Part shown: positions 1 through 7,773 of the stretch, piece after piece
How the letters are laid out: each line of letters starts with the position of its first letter
Numbering within the stretch: the stretch's first letter is position 1
Source of the DNA: an uncultured bacterium
GTDB lineage: Bacteria; Patescibacteriota; Gracilibacteria; UBA1369; PNNO01
NCBI GenBank assembly: GCA_963704705.1
Contig: OY969931.1
Coordinates: 750,001 to 782,000, forward strand
Direction: 5' to 3'
Length of the DNA: 32,000 bases
Made by a program: the position numbers and the translations under genes
The notes under the pieces: model-generated
Databases searched by the model: none
What the model was told of the DNA's origin: nothing
Seen by the model: the letters and a program-made list of their open reading frames with translations, nothing else

Positions 1-21
1 TTAACAAAACCAGCACTCGAA

Positions 22-459
22 TTGTTTGCAAAAGAAGAACGGGGGATCCGTCCCGGGACGGAAATGAAAATTTTGAGTTTTCATGTAGATGAAAAGGTTG
101 AACTTGAATTACGAAAACTCAAAGGCAAAGGAGAAACATTCAATGATGTCATGAAAAAACTTCTTGCGAATATGCCGAAAGAAAAAGAGATAAGGCCGCG
201 AAAAACAAAGCCATCAAAATCCAGACCAACCCCTGCACAAAAACGTCGCGAAGCTTTGGCCAAAACAAATGGCAAATGCTCTGTTCCCGGCTGCAATAAG
301 CCGGCCGAAGAAATCCATCATCCAAAACCATGGGCGATCTTCCACAAACACGATGAGCTCGAACCGCTTTGCAAAGCCCATCATGAGCTTGAGCATCAGG
401 TAGACAATGTGATCGATAAAAAATTTCGGGCTTACAAAATGCAAACTGCGCTGTTTTGA
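22..459 (+). CDS. HNH endonuclease-domain protein. Start uncertain: TTG at 22, ATG at 64, or upstream of the window.
   Basis: The frame is open from nt 1, so the gene may begin outside the window. The C-terminal half has an HNH-like pattern, CSVPGCNKPAEEIHH...LCKAHHELEH. G+C is visibly elevated (29/60 in nt 241-300). Confidence 0.7.
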   Translation: MFAKEERGIRPGTEMKILSFHVDEKVELELRKLKGKGETFNDVMKKLLANMPKEKEIRPRKTKPSKSRPTPAQKRREALAKTNGKCSVPGCNKPAEEIHHPKPWAIFHKHDELEPLCKAHHELEHQVDNVIDKKFRAYKMQTALF

Positions 460-516
460 ATATTTACTTAACCAGCTTATTTCATATATACTGCCACTGC
501 TTTAACTTTTTTAAAC

Positions 517-1824
517 ATGAATAACACAAAACTTTCGCAGGCGCAGGTTTCGGCTGTACTGGGTACTCAATGGGGTGATGAAGGAAAAGGAAAGCTTGTT
601 GATATTTTGGCGGAAAAAGCTGATTTAATAATTAGGGCAGCAGGAGGAGCAAATGCAGGACATACAATCTATGTTCCTAAAAAAAACAATCCCGAAGAAA
701 CAACCAAATTTATTTTTCATTTAATTCCAAGTGGGTGTTTTCATGAAAATAAAGAAATAGTTTTAGGAAATGGCTTGGTGATTCATTTGGGAACTTTAAT
801 GGAAGAACTCGATACATTAAAAGATCATGGTATAGATTTGAACGGTAAATTATTTATTTCTGACCGTGCTCATATTGTTTTTGAATATCATAAAAAAATC
901 GACGGACTTGAGGAAGAAAGAAAAGGAGATAAAAAAGTTGGTACAACATTACGAGGTATAGGGCCGGCTTATCAGGATAAAATTGCAAGACGCGGCGTAA
1001 GAATAGGAGAACTCCTTGAATTCGACAAATTTAGCGAGCATGTAAGATCAACATTTATCCAACTTCAAAGAATGTACCCTGATTTAAAACACGATGTTGA
1101 AAAAGAACTTGAAGATATACGAAAAATGCTCGGATTTTTAAGGCCGTTTATTGCTGATACGGCACTTTTTGTAAATACCGCAATTGATTCAGGTAAAAAA
1201 GTTTTGGTTGAAGGAGCGAACGGTACTCATCTTGATATTGATCACGGAACTTATCCGTTTGTTACTTCTTCTAACCCAACCGGAGGCGGCTTACATACCG
1301 GTACTGGAATCGGACTAAATAAAATCACGGATGTTATAGGAATTATGAAGGCTTATTTAACAAGGGTTGGTGAAGGTGTGTTCCCTACTGAACTTGACAA
1401 TGAACTAGGTGAAACAATCAGAGAAAAAGGCGGCGAATATGGTGCAACAACAGGCAGACCGCGAAGATGCGGATGGTTTGATGCGGTTGTAGGAAGATAC
1501 TCTGTAATGATAAACGGATTAACAGCTGTTAATTTAACTAAGCTAGATGTTCTTGATGAACTCCCGCATATAAAATTATGTACGGGCTACAAATATAAAG
1601 GAAAACAAATGAAGTCTATGCCTTCAACTATTGATGCGTACGCTGATTTGGAGCTTGAATATATTGAAATGGACGGATGGAATCAAGATACGAGCAAAGC
1701 ACAAACCTTTGAAGAACTCCCGGAAAACGCACAAAAATACGTATTAAAAATTGAAGAGCTTATTGGCTGCCCTATTAAATACATTGGAATTGGAATGAGA
1801 AGAGATCAAATGATCTACAGATAA
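517..1824 (+). CDS. purA: Adenylosuccinate synthetase
   Basis: 435 aa. It has the N-terminal GTQWGDEGKGK P-loop, GHTI, and a TTGRPRRCGW block typical of PurA. Confidence 0.95.
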   Translation: MNNTKLSQAQVSAVLGTQWGDEGKGKLVDILAEKADLIIRAAGGANAGHTIYVPKKNNPEETTKFIFHLIPSGCFHENKEIVLGNGLVIHLGTLMEELDTLKDHGIDLNGKLFISDRAHIVFEYHKKIDGLEEERKGDKKVGTTLRGIGPAYQDKIARRGVRIGELLEFDKFSEHVRSTFIQLQRMYPDLKHDVEKELEDIRKMLGFLRPFIADTALFVNTAIDSGKKVLVEGANGTHLDIDHGTYPFVTSSNPTGGGLHTGTGIGLNKITDVIGIMKAYLTRVGEGVFPTELDNELGETIREKGGEYGATTGRPRRCGWFDAVVGRYSVMINGLTAVNLTKLDVLDELPHIKLCTGYKYKGKQMKSMPSTIDAYADLELEYIEMDGWNQDTSKAQTFEELPENAQKYVLKIEELIGCPIKYIGIGMRRDQMIYR

Positions 1825-1825
1825 A

Positions 1826-4138
1826 CTACGCCCCAAGCTGATCAAGATTCTGCTGAAATCTGTCACCAAATTTTTGAGTTGTTCTCATTACTGACTTGAA
1901 GTCGCTATAACCTCTGCGTTTTTGCCAGTCAGTAGGATGTAAGTGATTATCAAAATAATCTCTCATTTCAGATTCTGTTTCAGGTAATGGGATTCCATCT
2001 CTTAAATTTCGGATAAATGCTGCTGCTCCACCCGGTCCGTTTCTCCAGTATAAATATACCGCTCTCATCCATGATCTGCGCATTCTGCCGTCTGTTGTTC
2101 TTAATTTATCAAAAATATTATCAACAGATTCAAGTTTGCTTAAAATTCTTGAATATCTAAACATGAAAAGATTATGAGCTGCGCATCTTTCAAAAGGTGT
2201 TGCGAATTCAGGCCTTGGTGCGCTGAAATCTAATTTCATTAACATTTCAGGGTCGATTCCGTATTTTTTCAACTGACTTCTTAAAATTTTACCTCTTTTG
2301 GAATTTTCAGAATACTTTTTAAAATCCCGCCAAACCGAATTAAGTATTTGATATTCTCCTGCTGCTGTAGAAAGTGCCACTTCCCTTGTTCCGCCTTTTT
2401 TTCTGCTATTAAAATCATAAGGATTGTAATTGGATTCAACTCTTAAAACTGCGTCGTTAAGCGCAATAAAATAATTCCAGTCTTTTTTCTTAAGGCCAAC
2501 CATTTGTGCAGAATATTTAAGTGCGTCCATTAATTTATATTTTTGCTGCATTATATCCATTCTTTGCTTTATATCCATTTTTCCAATTGCATATGCTTCC
2601 CTTCTGGCTGAGGTATACCAATCATTTTCTTCTTTTGTTAATCTGTAACCCATTCTAATTGCAAAAGGCGTACTGCCCCGAGCTACCATGTCTCTTTTTG
2701 AAGCATCCGGTAAATTAGCAGCGGACTCCGGAGGTTTTGATTTTGGTTTTGGTTTTGGTTCAGTATCAGGTAAAGAATCGTCAACTTGAGTTGGCTTGTG
2801 AATCGCTGTAACAGGCATATTTTTAAAATTGTATACTCTTATTTTTTGTCCTCCTCCGGTGTTACTGAACCAGCTTGCAATTCGTGCTTTTCGTGCAGGT
2901 TTATCTACCCAGCCTAAAAATATTCCGCTGTGGTTACCAGCATAATCATATTTATTTCTGTTGTTAATCCATACCCAATCCCCTACTTCTAAATTATCAA
3001 GCATTTTATCTGATGCATGTTTGCCTTCAATTCTGCAATCATATCTACTAGGGTCAGTTTCTGGCTTCCAGCCTTTTGATTTATCACCATTAACAAATGC
3101 ATAATCTAAATTCTGATATATGGTCTGTTTTCTTTTAACCCCGGCAATTGCATATACTCTGTCCACCCAGTCACCACAATGTCTCGCACCAATATTGTTT
3201 TCTGGTTTTGTAAGATATTCAACAACTTTTTTAATTCTTTCCTGCGCGGAAAGTCCTTCTAAACTTCCGATTTTTTCTCTAATTGCAATGATTTGTTCAC
3301 GTGAAACAGATGGTCTTTTTGTTACGAATGACCAATTCTTGTTTTGCTTATCAAGATAATTGCTGTCTTCCTTTGAATATTTTGATTTATCATATTTTTC
3401 ATATGATTTTTCATTTATTTCTTTATATTTATTGCCTTCTTTTTCCCTGAACTGCTCTTTAAATTCGGGATTTGAATTTTCAAATTCAAAAACATCGCCA
3501 GTATGAATGGCCATGTAACCCTGATTATCATAAAATCCGCGTTTTGCTTTATTTTGACCTTTCAGTCCTATTCGTCTGGCACTCATTCTCTTGAGATTTT
3601 CTCTGCCACCCTCATACTTTGTTACTTTTCGCATAGTAATAGAAAGCATATCAGCAAGCCCCCATTTATCTTCAGCTTCACTATTACCTAAAAAATTCAT
3701 TTTGTATTTTGTTTTTTCTTTAAATTTTGAATAAATTGCATCGCTTGACCAATTTTTAATATCCAATTTATCCGCATCATTCATATTCGTTGTAAAAGCA
3801 GCTAAAGTTAAGCCCGGATATTTATCCTCAAGCTTTTCAATCAAACTAATTGGTGCTGATTTAATTCTTTCTCTTAATTTTTTTACTGAATCGATTCCTT
3901 CGGAAAACATTTCCACATTCATATTCTGACGTAAAGCACCAACCAAATCTTTAGCTTTGTCTTTAAGTTTATCTTTTGCATCCTGATATTTTTTATCAAG
4001 TTTGGCTTTTTTATCTTCTTTTGTTTCAGGTGCAACTTGAGGTGCATTCGCGCCGGATTCAGGTGTTCGTGTAACATCGGGTTTTTTGGAACCCTTCACA
4101 TCATAAACTAACTTGTTTTCAGCAAAATATATTTTCAT
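1826..4138 (-). CDS. Large two-domain putative peptidoglycan hydrolase (NlpC/P60-like cysteine peptidase plus SLT-like lytic transglycosylase). No signal peptide.
   Basis: 770 aa. The central region has HCGDWV ... GDWVWI ... GNHSGIFLGW, matching the Cys/His spacing of NlpC/P60 or CHAP folds. A PKPKPKSKPP linker follows. The C-terminal region has ESNYNP ... AGEYQIL ... YWRNGPGG, matching SLT motifs ES / GLMQ / AYNxGxG. The N-terminal ~320 aa are K/E-rich with no recognisable domain, no TM segment and no signal peptide. Confidence 0.6.
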   Translation of the reverse strand: MKIYFAENKLVYDVKGSKKPDVTRTPESGANAPQVAPETKEDKKAKLDKKYQDAKDKLKDKAKDLVGALRQNMNVEMFSEGIDSVKKLRERIKSAPISLIEKLEDKYPGLTLAAFTTNMNDADKLDIKNWSSDAIYSKFKEKTKYKMNFLGNSEAEDKWGLADMLSITMRKVTKYEGGRENLKRMSARRIGLKGQNKAKRGFYDNQGYMAIHTGDVFEFENSNPEFKEQFREKEGNKYKEINEKSYEKYDKSKYSKEDSNYLDKQNKNWSFVTKRPSVSREQIIAIREKIGSLEGLSAQERIKKVVEYLTKPENNIGARHCGDWVDRVYAIAGVKRKQTIYQNLDYAFVNGDKSKGWKPETDPSRYDCRIEGKHASDKMLDNLEVGDWVWINNRNKYDYAGNHSGIFLGWVDKPARKARIASWFSNTGGGQKIRVYNFKNMPVTAIHKPTQVDDSLPDTEPKPKPKSKPPESAANLPDASKRDMVARGSTPFAIRMGYRLTKEENDWYTSARREAYAIGKMDIKQRMDIMQQKYKLMDALKYSAQMVGLKKKDWNYFIALNDAVLRVESNYNPYDFNSRKKGGTREVALSTAAGEYQILNSVWRDFKKYSENSKRGKILRSQLKKYGIDPEMLMKLDFSAPRPEFATPFERCAAHNLFMFRYSRILSKLESVDNIFDKLRTTDGRMRRSWMRAVYLYWRNGPGGAAAFIRNLRDGIPLPETESEMRDYFDNHLHPTDWQKRRGYSDFKSVMRTTQKFGDRFQQNLDQLGA

Positions 4139-4195
4139 TTTTGTTTTTTTATCCTAATATTATAGCATTTTTCAGCCAAAAAATCTAATTTCAAC

Positions 4196-4223
4196 TTGTA
4201 TTTCCAGCCATATTTAATAGAAT
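4196..4223 (+). promoter_or_regulatory. Candidate sigma70-type promoter for tRNA-Leu
   Basis: TTGTAT (4196-4201), 16-nt spacer, TAGAAT (4218-4223), about 20 nt upstream of the tRNA. Confidence 0.35.
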
Positions 4224-4242
4224 AGTGTTTGTAACTTTATAT

Positions 4243-4333
4243 GGGCAAGTGGCGGAATTGGTAGACGCGCTAGGTTGAGGGCCTAGTCTCCGTTTATTTG
4301 GAGGTGGAAGTTCAAGTCTTCTCTTGCCCACCA
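4243..4333 (+). tRNA. tRNA-Leu(GAG), class II with long variable arm and encoded CCA
   Basis: Acceptor GGGCAAG/CTTGCCC. Anticodon arm CTAGG-TTGAGGG-CCTAG. Variable arm CTCC...GGAG. T-loop GTTCAAGTC. 91 nt. Confidence 0.9.
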
Positions 4334-4395
4334 CAGAGCTGAGCTCTATGGAGCGCCGTTAAGCGTAAAGCGAAAATAAAAATGTAATTAAACTG

Positions 4396-4426
4396 TTGAC
4401 AAATCATTTTTAAAATGCTTTAATAT
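4396..4426 (+). promoter_or_regulatory. Candidate promoter of the secreted Cys/Tyr/Asn-rich protein gene
   Basis: TTGACA (4396-4401), 17-nt spacer, TGcTTTAAT (4416-4424). The alternative TAATAT hexamer at 4421-4426 would give a 19-nt spacer. Confidence 0.5.
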
Positions 4427-4449
4427 AGCCTAATTAAAAATTTAACCCT

Positions 4450-5073
4450 ATGGAAATGATTAAGAAACTATTGTATTTTGCTCTTCCAATCGCAGTATTG
4501 GCTGTAATAGGAGTGCAAACAGCAAGCGCAGATTACTATGATTGTGAAGGTAATGTACGTCCTGGAACACCAGGTCCGTCACAATGTCATTATTTGACTC
4601 AGCCGCCTTCGGCTTTACCGGATCAGCCTGAACAAACAACTCCATCAATTATACCAAATTGTTCAAATGGAAATTGCGGTACATTTCAATATACTCCTCA
4701 ATTACAACCATTTACGATCGTTGTTCCCCAAGATGAACCAGAAGAAATAGTACCTGATGAAGAAGATGCTACTGAAATCAGAAACAGCAGAAAATATTGT
4801 GTTAGAGATTACTGTTATATCATCTATGAAATTTGCTACAGCAATGGTTACTGTGAAAAAAAGGCAGAAAGAATTGGTCGTGATCAAATGGATAATAATG
4901 ATCAAGGAAACAATTATTACTGGGGAAACCAATTAAATAATTACGTATACAATTACTTCTACAACAACTACTACTCAGGAAGATATGATGATTATTGTAA
5001 CACTGGAAGCAGAAATTGTGTTTACAGAGGCTCTCACTACGGAAGATATACCAACCGATACTGGGACTTCTAA
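4450..5073 (+). CDS. Secreted hypothetical protein with short disulfide-loop motifs and an Asn/Tyr-rich C-terminus
   Basis: Signal peptide MEMIKKLLYFALPIAVLAVIGVQTASA|DYY. The mature part has 10 Cys, mostly as close pairs (CSNGNC, CVRDYC, CYSNGYC, CNTGSRNC). The C-terminus is NNYYWGNQLNNYVYNYFYNNYYSGRY. Confidence 0.75.
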   Translation: MEMIKKLLYFALPIAVLAVIGVQTASADYYDCEGNVRPGTPGPSQCHYLTQPPSALPDQPEQTTPSIIPNCSNGNCGTFQYTPQLQPFTIVVPQDEPEEIVPDEEDATEIRNSRKYCVRDYCYIIYEICYSNGYCEKKAERIGRDQMDNNDQGNNYYWGNQLNNYVYNYFYNNYYSGRYDDYCNTGSRNCVYRGSHYGRYTNRYWDF

Positions 5074-5093
5074 TAAAATTCAAATATAGTTGT

Positions 5094-5127
5094 AAAGAGG
5101 CTGATTAAAAATTGGCCTCTTTTTTTA
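5094..5127 (+). terminator. Rho-independent terminator
   Basis: Stem AAAGAGGC (5094-5101) pairs with GCCTCTTT (5115-5122). The loop is 13 nt and a T-run extends to 5127. Confidence 0.7.
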
Positions 5128-5156
5128 TTGCATGTTGTCAAAAAAAATGATAAAAA
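5128..5156 (+). promoter_or_regulatory. Candidate promoter for tRNA-Val
   Basis: TTGCAT (5128-5133), 17-nt spacer ending in TGa, TAAAAA (5151-5156), about 25 nt upstream of the tRNA. Confidence 0.3.
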
Positions 5157-5180
5157 GATTCTTGCAACTTTCAAAATTAC

Positions 5181-5257
5181 GGGCGATTAGCTCAGTTGGC
5201 TAGAGCATCTGGTTTACACCCAGAGGGTCGTAGGTTCGAATCCTACATCGCCCACCA
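5181..5257 (+). tRNA. tRNA-Val(UAC), encoded CCA
   Basis: Acceptor GGGCGAT/ATCGCCC. Anticodon arm TCTGG-TTTACAC-CCAGA. T-loop GTTCGAATC. 77 nt. Confidence 0.9.
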
Positions 5258-5335
5258 AAAAAAAGTTCACAAAGTTGAAAAAGTTCGTTTTGCTTTTTTT
5301 GATTTATGATAAAATGGGGCAAATAATAAAACCAT

Positions 5336-6253
5336 ATGACATATTTCCTCACACTCTTAGTTAAAATAATCCCTCTCTACGTACTTATCGCCCTTGGTTT
5401 TATTGCCAGTAAAAACAAATCTATCCGTAAGGAAACAATTTCATCTCTATTAATATATATTTTTGCGCCGGTAGTTGTTTTTGACAGTGTCGTGAAAATG
5501 GAATTAAAGCCCGAGCTTCTTACGCTCCCCTTTCTGATGTTTGGATTGTGTCTTATTGCCTCTGTATCATTTTATTTTTTAGGAAAGCTTTTCTGGAAAG
5601 ATGCACATAAAAATATTCTTGCTTTTGCCGCGAGTCAGGGAAATGCCGGATACTTTGGAATACCTGTTGCCTTAATATTATTCGGACAGGATATTTTAGG
5701 TATTTATATATTAATTTGGCTCGGAGCATATATTTTTGGATACACAGCTGGATATATTGTAGTAGCCCATGGCAAACACGGCCTTAAGGAAAGTCTAAAA
5801 AAATTCGCGAAAGTGCCTGTAATTTATACTTTTATTTTGGCATTAATATTGAATTTTTCCGGAATAAAATTAGATGAAAGTATTCTTGGAATAACCGAAA
5901 AATTCAGCAGCGCATATGCCATTCTAGGTATGATGATCCTTGGATTAAGCCTTTCAAATCTAAAGAAAACGTCACTTGATTGGACGTTTACTATACTGGC
6001 ATTTATTGCCCGTTTTGTTTTCTGGCCACTTTTAGCTTTTATTATTATCTATATTGATAATAATTTCTGGCATATTTACGACAACACTATTCATCAGCTT
6101 ATATTCCTTATCTCTATCGTACCAATTGCTGCTGATACAGTGACTTTTGCAACAGAATTTGATATTCACCCGCAAAAAATCGCACTAACGGTATTTTTAA
6201 GTACAGTTTTTGCGCTTATTTATATTCCTGCAATTTTATCCTTTGTGTTTTAA
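5336..6253 (+). CDS. AEC (auxin efflux carrier) family permease
   Basis: 305 aa and about 10 TM segments. The N-terminus KIIPLYVLIALGFIASK and the overall two-halves topology are typical of AEC-family transporters. An extended -10 (TGaTAAAAT, 5307-5315) lies upstream. Confidence 0.7.
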   Translation: MTYFLTLLVKIIPLYVLIALGFIASKNKSIRKETISSLLIYIFAPVVVFDSVVKMELKPELLTLPFLMFGLCLIASVSFYFLGKLFWKDAHKNILAFAASQGNAGYFGIPVALILFGQDILGIYILIWLGAYIFGYTAGYIVVAHGKHGLKESLKKFAKVPVIYTFILALILNFSGIKLDESILGITEKFSSAYAILGMMILGLSLSNLKKTSLDWTFTILAFIARFVFWPLLAFIIIYIDNNFWHIYDNTIHQLIFLISIVPIAADTVTFATEFDIHPQKIALTVFLSTVFALIYIPAILSFVF

Positions 6254-6298
6254 CAAAAGCACAACTAAAAAATAAGTTAAAACAGGCTTGTTACCATA

Positions 6299-6323
6299 GA
6301 ACCGCCAAAGACGGCTCTTTTTT
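6299..6323 (+). terminator. Probable rho-independent terminator
   Basis: GAACCG (6299-6304) pairs with CGGCTC (6312-6317) with one mismatch, followed by T6. Confidence 0.4.
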
Positions 6324-6336
6324 AATTTATAAATTT

Positions 6337-6360
6337 TGCTATAATGATCGGTGATATAAT
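6337..6360 (+). promoter_or_regulatory. Two tandem extended -10 elements upstream of the parvulin lipoprotein gene
   Basis: TGcTATAAT at 6337-6345 and TGaTATAAT at 6352-6360. The second would give a leader of only about 10 nt. Confidence 0.5.
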
Positions 6361-6375
6361 TAATAATTTAATGAA

Positions 6376-7773
6376 ATGAAAAGACTAATTTCAGGTTTGG
6401 CAGTGGCAATCATTTTAATCACAGCTTCAGGCTGTAATGCTGACATTACAAAATCCACAAAATACGAAACACATGAACTTAAATACATTGTGAATTTAAC
6501 AAATTATGAAGGAGACACACAAAATGTTATTGAAGATTTAAAAAATGTATTAAAAGAAAGACTAAATGAATTCCAGGTTGCTGATATTGAAATATCAGAT
6601 TCAACAGAAAACGATTTACATTATTTGAATATAAAATTCGGAACAATTGATAATATCGATGATATTAAAAAATTAATTTCACGGAATTCAACTTTTTCAA
6701 TTAAAAAGAAAATCAAAGATGAATCAGACTATGAAAATGACCTACGCGCAAAAGCGAAAGCTACTTTAGAAAAAATTAAAAATGGTGCAAACTTTGAACT
6801 ATCTGCGCAAAATGATGTATTAAGTGATCCCGAAAGAATTTTTTATTCTCATGCGGATTGGATGTATCAGGATGAAATTAAAGCAGCATTTAAAGATATA
6901 GTGTTTGATTTGGAACCTGGCGAAGTTTATCCGGAAATTATTGAGTATAATGAAAGCCCATTCGCACTTGCAGCTCCAATTAAAATAGCAAGTATCGCAA
7001 AATTGTTTGATAAAAAAGAAGGTGAGAAAGTAATCGAACATCCAAAATTGGTTAATGTAAGCCATATCTTAATTTCGTACAAGGGTGCAATGAGCACTCC
7101 ACAAGAAATCACAAGAACCAAAGAAGAAGCTGAAGCGCTTATCAATGAAGTAAAAGAAAAATTAAATAATGGTGAAGATTTTGCATCTCTTGCTTTGGAT
7201 TATTCTGATGATACTTCAACAAATGCAAGTGGGGGATATTTGGAAAATCCTGCTGGAATGGGCGGATATGTAGAAGCATTTGAAAATGCAGCATTGAAAT
7301 TAACCGAACCTGATGAAATAAGTGATGTTGTTGAATCACCATTTGGATATCACATTATAAAAGCCAGAGAAATTACTGACGCATATGAAGAAACTTTGAA
7401 TAAAATGCAGGCAACATTCGGTGTTATTTTTTATGCATTAAGACCTGCGGATTGGGAGCCAACTGATTTAATCGGTAATCATATTGTTTCAATTAAAACA
7501 TTATATGACGAAACTTATGATCCACAATTGATTGTTCAGTTAGATGAAGAAGGCACAAAATTACTTGAACAGCTCACTCAAAACAATGATGACATACTTG
7601 GTATATATTCAGGTGATGAATTAATTACCAGCTTTACAGTTAAAGAAGTTATTAGTGATGGCATATTAAAAATTATGGCACCAATAAATACTGAAGAAGC
7701 AGATTCAATTACTGCTAAACTTACATTGAAAGAATTACCTGTTCCAATAGTATTTATTGAAGAGTTGTCTTAA
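6376..7773 (+). CDS. Lipoprotein with PpiC/parvulin-type peptidyl-prolyl isomerase domain (PrsA/SurA-like)
   Basis: The signal peptide ends in ITASGC, a lipobox-like sequence. The parvulin core is VSHILISYKG ... GEDFASLALDYSDD ... GGYL ... FGYHIIKA. Confidence 0.8.
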   Translation: MKRLISGLAVAIILITASGCNADITKSTKYETHELKYIVNLTNYEGDTQNVIEDLKNVLKERLNEFQVADIEISDSTENDLHYLNIKFGTIDNIDDIKKLISRNSTFSIKKKIKDESDYENDLRAKAKATLEKIKNGANFELSAQNDVLSDPERIFYSHADWMYQDEIKAAFKDIVFDLEPGEVYPEIIEYNESPFALAAPIKIASIAKLFDKKEGEKVIEHPKLVNVSHILISYKGAMSTPQEITRTKEEAEALINEVKEKLNNGEDFASLALDYSDDTSTNASGGYLENPAGMGGYVEAFENAALKLTEPDEISDVVESPFGYHIIKAREITDAYEETLNKMQATFGVIFYALRPADWEPTDLIGNHIVSIKTLYDETYDPQLIVQLDEEGTKLLEQLTQNNDDILGIYSGDELITSFTVKEVISDGILKIMAPINTEEADSITAKLTLKELPVPIVFIEELS

